Part shown: positions 55,606 to 64,000 of the stretch, piece by piece
Layout: the number at the start of each line of letters is the position of its first letter
Position numbering within the stretch: the first letter of the stretch is position 1
NCBI GenBank assembly: GCA_019695095.1
Contig: JAIBAQ010000010.1
Location: 7,845 to 71,844 of the forward strand
DNA: 64,000 bases
Source: Candidatus Hydrogenedentota bacterium
GTDB lineage: Bacteria > Hydrogenedentota > Hydrogenedentia > Hydrogenedentales > SLHB01
Direction: 5' to 3'
Notes under the pieces: generated by a model
The model's input: the letters and a program-made list of their open reading frames with translations, nothing else
Database searches by the model: none
What the model was told of the DNA's origin: nothing
Translations under genes and position numbers: made by a program

Positions 55606-56232
55606 ATGGATGTCATTATCGACGGGAACCGCACTCACACCTTTGAAACCGCCCCATCCGAAGTAATTGCCGCCCTGGGAGAAGTTAGTGCCACGCTTCA
55701 AAGCGAAGGCCGCGCAATCGTGGGAATCAACATCGACGGACAGAATCTCACCGCCGATCGCTTGGCCGAAGTTCTGGAAAACAAGACTCCCGATCAAGTT
55801 GGGACGATTTCAGTATCTACGGAACGTGTCGCGATTCTGGTGGGACAAGCGCTCGACGAGCTTGAACAAAGCCTCCCGAATCTGCCTCAAGCCTGTCACG
55901 AACTTGCGCATGTATTCCAAGGCGCAGACCCGACGCAAGGTTTTCAACACTTTCAGGTGCTTGCCGAGCTGTGGTCACATGTGAAGGAGCGCGAGAATAC
56001 CGTCGCGCATGCGCTTGGATTGGATTTGGATTCGATGAAGGTTGGCGATACTTCCGTCAAAATGCTTCACGAGCACCTGAACAGAACATTGGATGACGCG
56101 GTGCGCGCGATGGAGTCTCAGGATTTGGTGCTTCTTGGCGATCTTCTCGAATACGAACTGGCGCCCCGCGCCGAGTCCGAAGCGGAGATAGTCTCGATGC
56201 TCAAGGCGCAGGCGCAGGAGCGGGCCAGCTAG
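55606..56232 (+). CDS. Hypothetical protein, flagellar-locus associated
   Basis: 208 aa, GGGGAG RBS, helical C-half ending DLVLLGDLLEYELAP. Confidence 0.75.
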   Translation: MDVIIDGNRTHTFETAPSEVIAALGEVSATLQSEGRAIVGINIDGQNLTADRLAEVLENKTPDQVGTISVSTERVAILVGQALDELEQSLPNLPQACHELAHVFQGADPTQGFQHFQVLAELWSHVKERENTVAHALGLDLDSMKVGDTSVKMLHEHLNRTLDDAVRAMESQDLVLLGDLLEYELAPRAESEAEIVSMLKAQAQERAS

Positions 56233-56422
56233 CCCGCAATTTGCACCGGCGCAACTTAACGCCGATGCAAATTGCTCAAGCGCAAGGCGTTGAGGTTATG
56301 CCATGAGGATTTCTCGCGAACACACACTGTATGTGGAGAACTATCCCCATTTTCACTGCAAGCCGCACGAACGCACTGGTCACGAGATAGTCTCATGTGT
56401 GTTCGTGAGAAATCCGGACTAG
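56229..56422 (+). mobile_element. MITE-like repeat, copy C (194 bp, full length)
   Basis: CTAG at both ends, the left one containing the upstream stop; 5' hairpin GCAATTTGCA/TGCAAATTGC; 19-bp outer stem 56307-56325/56397-56415; ends 2 nt before an ATG. Confidence 0.82.
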
Positions 56423-56424
56423 GC

Positions 56425-59400
56425 ATGGCCTCGCCCCGCATCCTGACGTTTAATTTCCATGAACCTTATCTGTGTCTGCTTGCACAAACGGGTTTCGCAT
56501 TCGATGTGGGTCAGTTTGAAAAGCCGCCCTTCGCGCGAGAATGGCAGACCCGGTTTCGCCCACTCCCCCCGAATCTAACATTGGTCGAAGAAAAGGTATG
56601 GCGAAGGGAATTGCAGGCAGGCAAGTACGACGTCGTAATTGCCCACAATGAGCTCAACGCGAATGACCTATTTGGTTGCCCGGCCTCGGCCATACTGGTC
56701 TGTCACAACCGCAGAAACTTCCTTGAGACAACCGTAACCGGGGATAAGGAAGAGGGCAAGAACGCCTACGAGAAGATCCTCGCCAAGCTTCAGGAACAAT
56801 TCTCATTCGTGTTCATTTCCGAGGCGAAGCGCCAGAGCTACGGACTCGAAGGCACAGTCATACTCCCCGGAATCGATGTTAACGACTATGGCGGCTACAT
56901 GGGAGAACGGAGGGAAATACTTCGGGTTGGCAATGCCATGCGCGCCCGAAACCTGATGTTCGACGTGGATTTTCAGGAAGCGGTTTGCCTGGGTCTTCCC
57001 CATCGCGTTGTCGGAGAGGACCCGCAGATTCCGGGAGCACGACCTTCCCAGTCCTTCGAAGAACTCCTTGGATACTTCAGGGACCTGCGCTGCCTTCTAC
57101 ATGTCACCTGCCATCCCTTTGAAGACGGCTACAACTTATCGATGTTGGAGGCCATGGCTTGCGGCATGCCGGTGGTCTCGCTGGCAAATCCATCTTCGCC
57201 GCTGACGGATGGTCGGGACGGCTTGGTGGCAACTGACGTTCAGGGACTTCGCGAACGTCTATCGCGATTGCTAGAAGATGTGATTTATGCGCGAGAGATT
57301 GGCGCTCAAGGACGCGAAACCGTTTCGCGCGCGTATCCGTTGCAGCGATTCGTGCAACAATGGCAGGAAGTCATTGAAAAGGCAGCGGAATCCGGGCCGC
57401 GCGGCCGGGCTGCTGTTGCTGCCAAGCGAATCGCGGAATCCATGGCTTCCGCACAAGACTCATCACTTCCGCGACTCAACGTTCTGCTCGAGTACTACGT
57501 ATCACCAATCACGACCGGAAGATACTTCGAGACTGCGCTTCGGAAGACGCAAAACGTAACGGTTGCCGGGGTCACTGTACCGCTCTCGACTCTCAAAGGT
57601 TGGGGATTCACCGGAACACCGCCGTTCGAATCAAGACCTGACGTCCTGCACGGACCGGACGAACCTTACAGCGAACTCATGCGGCGCCTGGGCGAAGACA
57701 AGAAGCCGCACCTGCTTCTGTGGATCGACTCTGGCCTTGCGGGCATGCCCACAGACTCGCACGCACTGGGGGTTCCGCGTGTTTGTTACATCATTGATAC
57801 GCATTGCATGTTAAGTCACCGGATCGAGATCGCGAAGCACTTCGATTACACGTTTCTTGCCCAACCGACTTACATGCAGCACTTCGTGGACGCCGGCGTC
57901 AAAAATGTCGCGTGGCTTCCGCTGGGGTGTTCACCCGAGTTGCACCATATCGAGCCTCAAGAACGCGTTTACGATGTAGCATTCGTCGGCGGAATCCCGG
58001 AGGACAAGAACGATCGACGTCGCAAGCTCATAGACGCGGTTTGCGCGCATTTCCCGAATCACGTGGTAGGCCGCTTCTGGCCTGAGGAGATGGCGCGTAT
58101 CTACGCCCAATCGAAAATCGTCATCAACATCGCGGCGGCGCGCGACACCAACATGCGCGTATACGAAGGAATGGCCTCGGGCGCCTTATTGATCACCGAC
58201 GAGGCCGACGGCCTTGAAGAACTCTTCAACGATGGAGAGCATCTGGTTATCTATCGGCATGACGAGGATCTCATTCCCACTATCGAGCGATTCCTTGCTG
58301 ACGATGAGACACGCATGCGTATCGCACATGCGGGCAAAGCGTTTGTTTTGTCCGAGCACACGTACGATGTCCGCATTCGTCTCATGCTGGCGATGGTTCT
58401 CGAGTCTCTTGGACTCTTGGGCGGCTACCAGGGCGAATCACGGTTCAATCGAGGCGGATACTACCGTTCACCGCGACCCGAACTGGCGCGCCAAGTGCCC
58501 AAGCATGTGCAGCGTCTACTCGATGTCGGCTGCGGGGGTGGAGAATTCGGACTGTCACTAAAGCGCCGCGGCGTTCGCTATGTCGCGGGTATTGAGGTTG
58601 TGGAGCGCGCGTGGAGTCTCGCCAAGCAGGCGCTCGACGACGCGGTTCTTGGAAATATCGAACACATGGCCCTTCCTTTCGAGGAAGGGACCTTCGACTG
58701 CATTGTCTGCGGTGACGTCCTGGAGCACCTCGTAGAACCCGCGCAAGCGTTACGAAAACTCGCGCGCATGTTGGAGCCGGAAGGTCTGGTAGTCATCAGC
58801 ATTCCCAATATCCAGTTCTGGATGACATTCGAGATGCTATCGAATGGACGATGGCATTATGAAGATGCCGGTATCATGGACCGCACCCATTTGCGCTTCT
58901 TTTGCGCGGAAGACGTTCGTGAACTGATTCGCGACGCGGGCCTGGAAATAGTCCGCATGGAACCGCTGTCTATGTGGTCGGCGGATCACCTTCCACGAGA
59001 TGCGAACGGATGCCTGAGACTTGGTAAAGCAACCATTGGCCCATTGACCGACGAAGAGTACCGTGATTACCTGACGTATCAGTTCCTCGTCGTGGCAGGG
59101 AAAAAGGGGTTCGATAGACTCGCGCTTGCCAGGCGCGCCATCGAAGTTGGCGATCCTTCGTTTGCTCTTTACCTGGCCGAAAGCGTAACCGACACGTCCA
59201 ATGTCGAACGACAGCGCGTGATGGCGATCGCTGCGGCCAAAATGGGTAAAGCCGATTTGGCCGAGAGGCTTCTTAGGGATGCACTCTCCTTACCCAGGGC
59301 CGCTACAAGCTTGCACGGCGATCTGGGTATCTTGTTGGTCGCGCTAAACCGCCCTGAAGAAGCGGTCACACATCTAGAGCTCGTCCTTGAATCCGATCCG

Positions 59401-59760
59401 GATAATAGCCGCTACCTCGGGGGCTTAGGTCTCGCCTACACCAGCCTGGGGAAATACGCCGAAGCATTTGCCCATCTGGTCCGCGCATTGGACGTCGACT
59501 TTCAAAACGCCCCCCTCACGATGCATCTCATTGCTGCCGCGCGCGCGTCGAACCGTTTGTCCGATGCCGAGCCCATTGTGAAGCGGTTCGTGGATTTCTT
59601 CCCAGGAACAAAGGAAGTCGGATACGCGTATGCGGAACTGCTGTGCGATCTGGGAAAGAAGGACGCGGCGCGCGATGCCCTGGACACATTGCTTATGCTT
59701 GCTCCAGACTATGAGCCGGCCCTTGCACTGCTGGCGGCATTGGATAGACGCGAGGTATGA
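56425..59760 (+). CDS. Multi-domain glycosyltransferase: GT4-like + CgeB-like GT + SAM methyltransferase + TPR
   Basis: EDGYNLSMLEAMACGMPVV (GT-B E-x7-E); NMRVYEGMASGALLITD; LLDVGCGGG...DVLEHL...DRTHLRFF; C-terminal TPRs. The ORF-track extension to 56272 reads through the repeat element. Confidence 0.88.
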   Translation: MASPRILTFNFHEPYLCLLAQTGFAFDVGQFEKPPFAREWQTRFRPLPPNLTLVEEKVWRRELQAGKYDVVIAHNELNANDLFGCPASAILVCHNRRNFLETTVTGDKEEGKNAYEKILAKLQEQFSFVFISEAKRQSYGLEGTVILPGIDVNDYGGYMGERREILRVGNAMRARNLMFDVDFQEAVCLGLPHRVVGEDPQIPGARPSQSFEELLGYFRDLRCLLHVTCHPFEDGYNLSMLEAMACGMPVVSLANPSSPLTDGRDGLVATDVQGLRERLSRLLEDVIYAREIGAQGRETVSRAYPLQRFVQQWQEVIEKAAESGPRGRAAVAAKRIAESMASAQDSSLPRLNVLLEYYVSPITTGRYFETALRKTQNVTVAGVTVPLSTLKGWGFTGTPPFESRPDVLHGPDEPYSELMRRLGEDKKPHLLLWIDSGLAGMPTDSHALGVPRVCYIIDTHCMLSHRIEIAKHFDYTFLAQPTYMQHFVDAGVKNVAWLPLGCSPELHHIEPQERVYDVAFVGGIPEDKNDRRRKLIDAVCAHFPNHVVGRFWPEEMARIYAQSKIVINIAAARDTNMRVYEGMASGALLITDEADGLEELFNDGEHLVIYRHDEDLIPTIERFLADDETRMRIAHAGKAFVLSEHTYDVRIRLMLAMVLESLGLLGGYQGESRFNRGGYYRSPRPELARQVPKHVQRLLDVGCGGGEFGLSLKRRGVRYVAGIEVVERAWSLAKQALDDAVLGNIEHMALPFEEGTFDCIVCGDVLEHLVEPAQALRKLARMLEPEGLVVISIPNIQFWMTFEMLSNGRWHYEDAGIMDRTHLRFFCAEDVRELIRDAGLEIVRMEPLSMWSADHLPRDANGCLRLGKATIGPLTDEEYRDYLTYQFLVVAGKKGFDRLALARRAIEVGDPSFALYLAESVTDTSNVERQRVMAIAAAKMGKADLAERLLRDALSLPRAATSLHGDLGILLVALNRPEEAVTHLELVLESDPDNSRYLGGLGLAYTSLGKYAEAFAHLVRALDVDFQNAPLTMHLIAAARASNRLSDAEPIVKRFVDFFPGTKEVGYAYAELLCDLGKKDAARDALDTLLMLAPDYEPALALLAALDRREV

Positions 59761-61538
59761 AACCCGCGTCTGCATGGATTGAATCACTCTCTAGCGTAGA
59801 GGTTCCTTCCTCGATTGCGCTTGTTCAAGGACCTGGCGCGAACCCTTCGATCACCATCGATGGCGTTTACCTCCACAGCAAGTATCGCCCCCGCGAAGAG
59901 GCAGAAGCGCTCATCGACTCCCTTGAGTTGGCGCAGACCGAGCCCGTGCTCGTTGTGGGCCTCGGACTTGGTTATCACGTACAAGTCTTGCTGGAGCGGG
60001 GCTTCGACGTGTGCGCCGTCGAATGTGAACCGGCGGTCGCCAAGCTTGCGTTGCAGGGGTCGTTAAAAAACACGGAGTTCCTTCTAGCCGTCGGCTGCGC
60101 TGACGCATTGTCGCGAGATTCGGAACTCTTGGCGTTTCTCAAGAAACATCCACAGGTTCTGCTCCACCCGCCCACTGCGCGTGTTCGAAGCGCTTTTGTC
60201 TCCGAAATTGAACGGCTTGTAGCGCGGGCAGGCATTGAGGGCGAACGCCTGGGGATTGCTGTCGTGGGGCCGATGTACGGTGGGTCGCTGCCGATAGCAA
60301 AGTATCTCGCGGATGCCTTCACAGCGCTTGGTCACCGAACGTTGTATGTGGACAACAGCAGTATCTGGCCCGTTTATCAAGCCATCACCCAGAGCATTGA
60401 GACACGTCAGGCCAACTCCCAACTGTCCGCGATGCTGGTGAACCTTGCCGGCGAGTGGAGCTATGCGCGTGTTGCGGAGTTCGATCCGAACATCTGCATC
60501 GTGATGGCGCAGGCTCCGGTCGGGGCGGATTGGCCTGCGAGACTCAACAAGAATGAGATCGTCACGGCATTCTGGTTTGTAGAGAATTGGCGCCATATGA
60601 CGTACTGGCGCGATATCGCGTCTCGCTACGATTACTTCTTCCATATTCAACCCGGCGAGTTTGAACGCCAATTGAGGGAGGCTGGATGCCCCCATCATGC
60701 CTACGTTCAAACGGCCTGCGATCCCCGCGTACACAAACCCGTGGAATTGACGAGCGACGACGAACGCACCTACGGATGCGATCTGTCGTTTGCCGGCGCT
60801 GGGTACCATAACCGTAATCAGTTCTTTCAGGGTCTTACGGACTACAACTTCAAGATTTGGGGTGTCGAATGGCAGGCTCGGGAACTCATCAATCACGTTC
60901 AGAATCCGAACGAGCGTTTCGGCCCCGAGGAATTCGCGAAGATCGTGGCTGCCTCGAAGATTAATCTGAATCTGCACTCCAGCGCCACGCACAATGGCGT
61001 CGATCCCCACTGCGATGCCATCAATCCACGCGTATTTGAAATAGCCGCTTGCGGCGGTTTTCAGCTCTGTGACCCTTGCCGTGGACTGGATACATTGCTC
61101 GATCCCGAAACGGAATTACCCGTCTATCGCGACTTGCCTGAACTGCGAGCCCTCATCGACCGGTTTCTTGAGAGCCCTGAAGAGCGCCAGGCTTTTGCCG
61201 ACCGCGCCAGGTCGCGTGTGTTGAGAGACCACACTTATGAGAAGCGCGCCCAGCAAATGCTCGATCTGATCGTGGACCAGCACGGTTCCCGTATACTTAG
61301 CAAGGGAATTCGTGCGCTTCGTACCGTGGGGGAAATGGCGGAACGTGTTGGCGTCGATACCGCCCTCGGCAGATACCTTCAGTCTCTGCCGAAGGATCTG
61401 CCCTTTACTCAAGAAGCCATCAACGAGCGCATTCCCGTGATGGGAACCAAGCTTAGCTATCCGGAAGCTCTGTTCTCCTATCTTCGGGAGATGCGCAACT
61501 CGTCAGAACAAATACTCGCGATGTTCGAGGGCGTGTAA
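59757..61538 (+). CDS. Maf-like N-terminal domain fused to a CgeB-family (DUF3880/Glyco_trans_1_2-like) glycosyltransferase
   Basis: LHSKYRPREEAE and VVGLGLGYHV at the N-terminus; DLSFAGAGY and INPRVFEIAACGGFQL; ATGA overlap with the previous gene. Confidence 0.8.
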   Translation: MKPASAWIESLSSVEVPSSIALVQGPGANPSITIDGVYLHSKYRPREEAEALIDSLELAQTEPVLVVGLGLGYHVQVLLERGFDVCAVECEPAVAKLALQGSLKNTEFLLAVGCADALSRDSELLAFLKKHPQVLLHPPTARVRSAFVSEIERLVARAGIEGERLGIAVVGPMYGGSLPIAKYLADAFTALGHRTLYVDNSSIWPVYQAITQSIETRQANSQLSAMLVNLAGEWSYARVAEFDPNICIVMAQAPVGADWPARLNKNEIVTAFWFVENWRHMTYWRDIASRYDYFFHIQPGEFERQLREAGCPHHAYVQTACDPRVHKPVELTSDDERTYGCDLSFAGAGYHNRNQFFQGLTDYNFKIWGVEWQARELINHVQNPNERFGPEEFAKIVAASKINLNLHSSATHNGVDPHCDAINPRVFEIAACGGFQLCDPCRGLDTLLDPETELPVYRDLPELRALIDRFLESPEERQAFADRARSRVLRDHTYEKRAQQMLDLIVDQHGSRILSKGIRALRTVGEMAERVGVDTALGRYLQSLPKDLPFTQEAINERIPVMGTKLSYPEALFSYLREMRNSSEQILAMFEGV

Positions 61539-61542
61539 CACC

Positions 61543-63261
61543 ATGAGCGACTGCGAGCGGCCCATTCGAATACTCGTTGCCCAGATGACACGCATGGGCG
61601 ATGTACTTCAGACATCCCCCCTCATCCGCTCGCTGCGCACACGCCATCCTGACGGACACATCGCGGTCATGGTCCGACGTATGGGCAAGTCCATTGCCGA
61701 ATGCAATCCCGATATCGACGAAGTGCTCGTGTACGAAGAGGACACGATGTTTCAAGATCTCAAGTCGGGCGACTCTGACCGCTTCCTCCACGCGTACGAG
61801 ACGGCAGGCGCATATGCCACGACGATTCGGGATGGCCGCTACGATGTGATTTACAACTGCACGCACAGTTTCTCTTCGGCCATTCTCTTCGCGGCTGCGG
61901 GCGCGCCTGAAGTTATTGGCGCGCATCTGAGCGACGATTGGCGCTATGTCATCCGTGGGCGCGGGCCAAACTACTTCTTCACAAGTATCCTTCATCGTGA
62001 ATACAACAACCTGAACCTCTGTGACGCGTTCCGATTCTTCCTCGTTGATCCTCCGGCATCGCAGGGACTGGTTATGAATGTAGGGGAAGCGGTCCGCGAA
62101 CAGGCCCACAGCATCCTGCGCGAATATGGAATCGCCGACAACGACTTCCTCGTATGCTTCCAGTTGGGAGCAAGCGACAAGGACAAGCGCTGGCCCGTGC
62201 AGCAGTTTGCCCGTCTTGCCGGATTCCTCAAGGAAAAGTACAACGCCAAGATCGCCTTGCTGGGCGTTTCCGCCGAGGCCTACCTAGGCCAGGAATTCGA
62301 GCGACTTGCTCCCGGAGTAGCGGTCCCCCTTTTCGGGAAGACTTCGGTGCCGCAACTTGCGGAAGTGCTGCGCCGGTCGCGCGTCCTCGTTACGAACGAC
62401 ACGGGCACGATGCATATTGCCGCTGCAATGCAATGCCCCATTGTGTTGGTCTCCGTGGGGTACGTCCATTTTCGCGAGACCGGCCCCTACGGGGCAGGGC
62501 ACATCGCGATTGAGCGCCGCCGCAGCAGCGTTGGACGCTCCGATATTCGCGAGTCCATTCGATCCGATGAGATCACTCCCGAGCAGGTGTTGAAGGCCGT
62601 CGAATTGGTTGTCGAACGCGAAAGTTCTGATGCGATTCCTTCCATCGACGATACGCCGAGCTTCTCGGATGTCGACATCTACTACTCCGGCTTCGCGCCG
62701 GACGGTTGCCTCGAATGGTACCCGGTCGTTCGCCGGCCCATGCAGGAACTCGATTTCATTCGCATGACGTATCGCGCGATGTGGCTTGATTTTCTAAGCG
62801 AGCGATCCGAAGTAACCGGCGAGTCCGCTGCATTCACGCGCATGCTTGCGTGCTTTGACGGCGATCAACACGAGGCGCTTGAGACGTGGCGGAATGGTAT
62901 GACGGAGATCATGCAGAAGCTTGTAACCGGTTCCAATACAGGTGTTCAGACTTCCGTGTCCCTCCTCAACGTGTTGCGTCAAGGCGAGAGCATGAAACGC
63001 GCGAAGGCGCTGGTGACTGAGCTTATGGACCTGGATGAGCAACTGCGGCTAATTGGTGAAGTACATCGCGTAGGCCGCCCGCTTGTGGCGATTGCGCGGT
63101 TCGAGCGTGACAACTTGGAGGGCGCCGATCCTGTGCACCTCACCCGCACCACGCGCGGGATCTACGAAGACATTCATACGCGCGCCACGCTCATGATTGA
63201 AAAGGCACACCGAATAGCGCAATTGGCTCAGGGCGAAAGTCAGAACACCGCGTCTACGTAA
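61543..63261 (+). CDS. GT9 (heptosyltransferase-family) glycosyltransferase with C-terminal helical extension
   Basis: RMGDVLQTSP, QLGAS...KRWP, LVTNDTGTMHIAAA, ETGPYG. Confidence 0.9.
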   Translation: MSDCERPIRILVAQMTRMGDVLQTSPLIRSLRTRHPDGHIAVMVRRMGKSIAECNPDIDEVLVYEEDTMFQDLKSGDSDRFLHAYETAGAYATTIRDGRYDVIYNCTHSFSSAILFAAAGAPEVIGAHLSDDWRYVIRGRGPNYFFTSILHREYNNLNLCDAFRFFLVDPPASQGLVMNVGEAVREQAHSILREYGIADNDFLVCFQLGASDKDKRWPVQQFARLAGFLKEKYNAKIALLGVSAEAYLGQEFERLAPGVAVPLFGKTSVPQLAEVLRRSRVLVTNDTGTMHIAAAMQCPIVLVSVGYVHFRETGPYGAGHIAIERRRSSVGRSDIRESIRSDEITPEQVLKAVELVVERESSDAIPSIDDTPSFSDVDIYYSGFAPDGCLEWYPVVRRPMQELDFIRMTYRAMWLDFLSERSEVTGESAAFTRMLACFDGDQHEALETWRNGMTEIMQKLVTGSNTGVQTSVSLLNVLRQGESMKRAKALVTELMDLDEQLRLIGEVHRVGRPLVAIARFERDNLEGADPVHLTRTTRGIYEDIHTRATLMIEKAHRIAQLAQGESQNTAST

Positions 63262-63994
63262 CCGAGACACCTTCCGCGCGCTGTTCGGCCAGCGCCAATC
63301 CCCGGTGAATCTCTTCCAGCACCGTTTCGCCCAGTTTCCCCTGCTTCTTCATCCACGCGCCGGTGTTGTGCAAGGCTGTGGGCAATCCGACCAACTTCAC
63401 ATCGGGCTGATCTTTGTACATCATCGCGATGCGCTTATCGGGACGGCAGCGTTCGCCGTAGAACAACGTCATGGATGGGCGCTTCTCTGCCTCCAGGTAG
63501 ACCTCTGGCAAGCGCCAGATGCCTTCGTGTCCCCCGACCGCGCGTTTGATCGCCATTTCCACGAAATTGGTGGCAAACGTAATGAAGGCGACTTCGTAGA
63601 ACTCCTCCCAACTCCTGAACAGCAGAGGCAGATCGGTATACGCCTTAAGCTGCATCATCGGCTCAAGGTAAGCCCGGAATGGACACGGCGGACTCATCGC
63701 AATCACGTGGTCCATGCCGCAACGTGTTCCGTAGTAAATGGCGGCACACCCGCCTACCGAATCGCCCAAGGCCACATAGCGTTTGGACTTCAACTGGTCC
63801 ATAACGCGAATCACTTCGCGCTCATAGAACTCGAGACCGCCTCCGCCGCCTTCCGGTTTGAGGTGATAGGCCAACCGGTGAATGTCGCGTATAAAGACAA
63901 GGTTGTAGTCGTCGCCATGCTTCATCAACAGCTTGCGGAACTCGAATGTGGGTTGTCCGGCAAACAGGAGCGCGCCCCCCGCGAACGAGAACAC
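63254..63994 (-). CDS. Alpha/beta-hydrolase-like protein, probably 5'-truncated at the window edge
   Basis: Nucleophile elbow LGDSVGG; FIRD upstream; C-terminal His (ALHN). Confidence 0.6.
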   Translation of the reverse strand: MFSFAGGALLFAGQPTFEFRKLLMKHGDDYNLVFIRDIHRLAYHLKPEGGGGGLEFYEREVIRVMDQLKSKRYVALGDSVGGCAAIYYGTRCGMDHVIAMSPPCPFRAYLEPMMQLKAYTDLPLLFRSWEEFYEVAFITFATNFVEMAIKRAVGGHEGIWRLPEVYLEAEKRPSMTLFYGERCRPDKRIAMMYKDQPDVKLVGLPTALHNTGAWMKKQGKLGETVLEEIHRGLALAEQRAEGVSVT

Positions 63995-64000
63995 GGTCGT

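Noticed and set aside
56272-56424. 51-aa N-terminal extension of the large glycosyltransferase, and small ORFs at 25229-25489, 45718-45906 and 56256-56441
   Set aside because: They read through the repeat element; frames are not consistent among copies, so there is no evidence the element is coding.

Overview
A 64-kb bacterial chromosomal window, moderately GC-rich. The host is probably diderm (kdsB), flagellated (fliW-csrA) and hopanoid-producing. Candidatus Hydrogenedentota is only a guess from protein style and is not established. Housekeeping islands are murC-ftsQ-ftsZ (no ftsA), kdsB-pyrG, pncC/cinA-dnaE and nikR. They are interleaved with many secreted or Tat-exported carbohydrate-active and hypothetical proteins, including two GH78-type enzymes. 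The window also holds a type II toxin-antitoxin pair, an orphan 7-PAS hybrid kinase, an ispH-shc-hpnH-hpnG-SDR hopanoid operon, and a fliW-csrA locus followed by large multi-domain glycosyltransferases (probable flagellin-glycosylation island). The non-coding highlight is a dispersed ~194-bp element in 4 copies (two full-length, two internally deleted). It is bounded by CTAG-like tetramers, three copies sit on TAG stop codons, and its stems show compensatory base changes. There are also two NrdR-box-like sites upstream of the cell-division genes and a separate REP-like palindrome cluster. No rRNA, tRNA, CRISPR array or transposase was seen. Several starts were moved downstream of the ORF-track start where an RBS or family N-terminus supported it.
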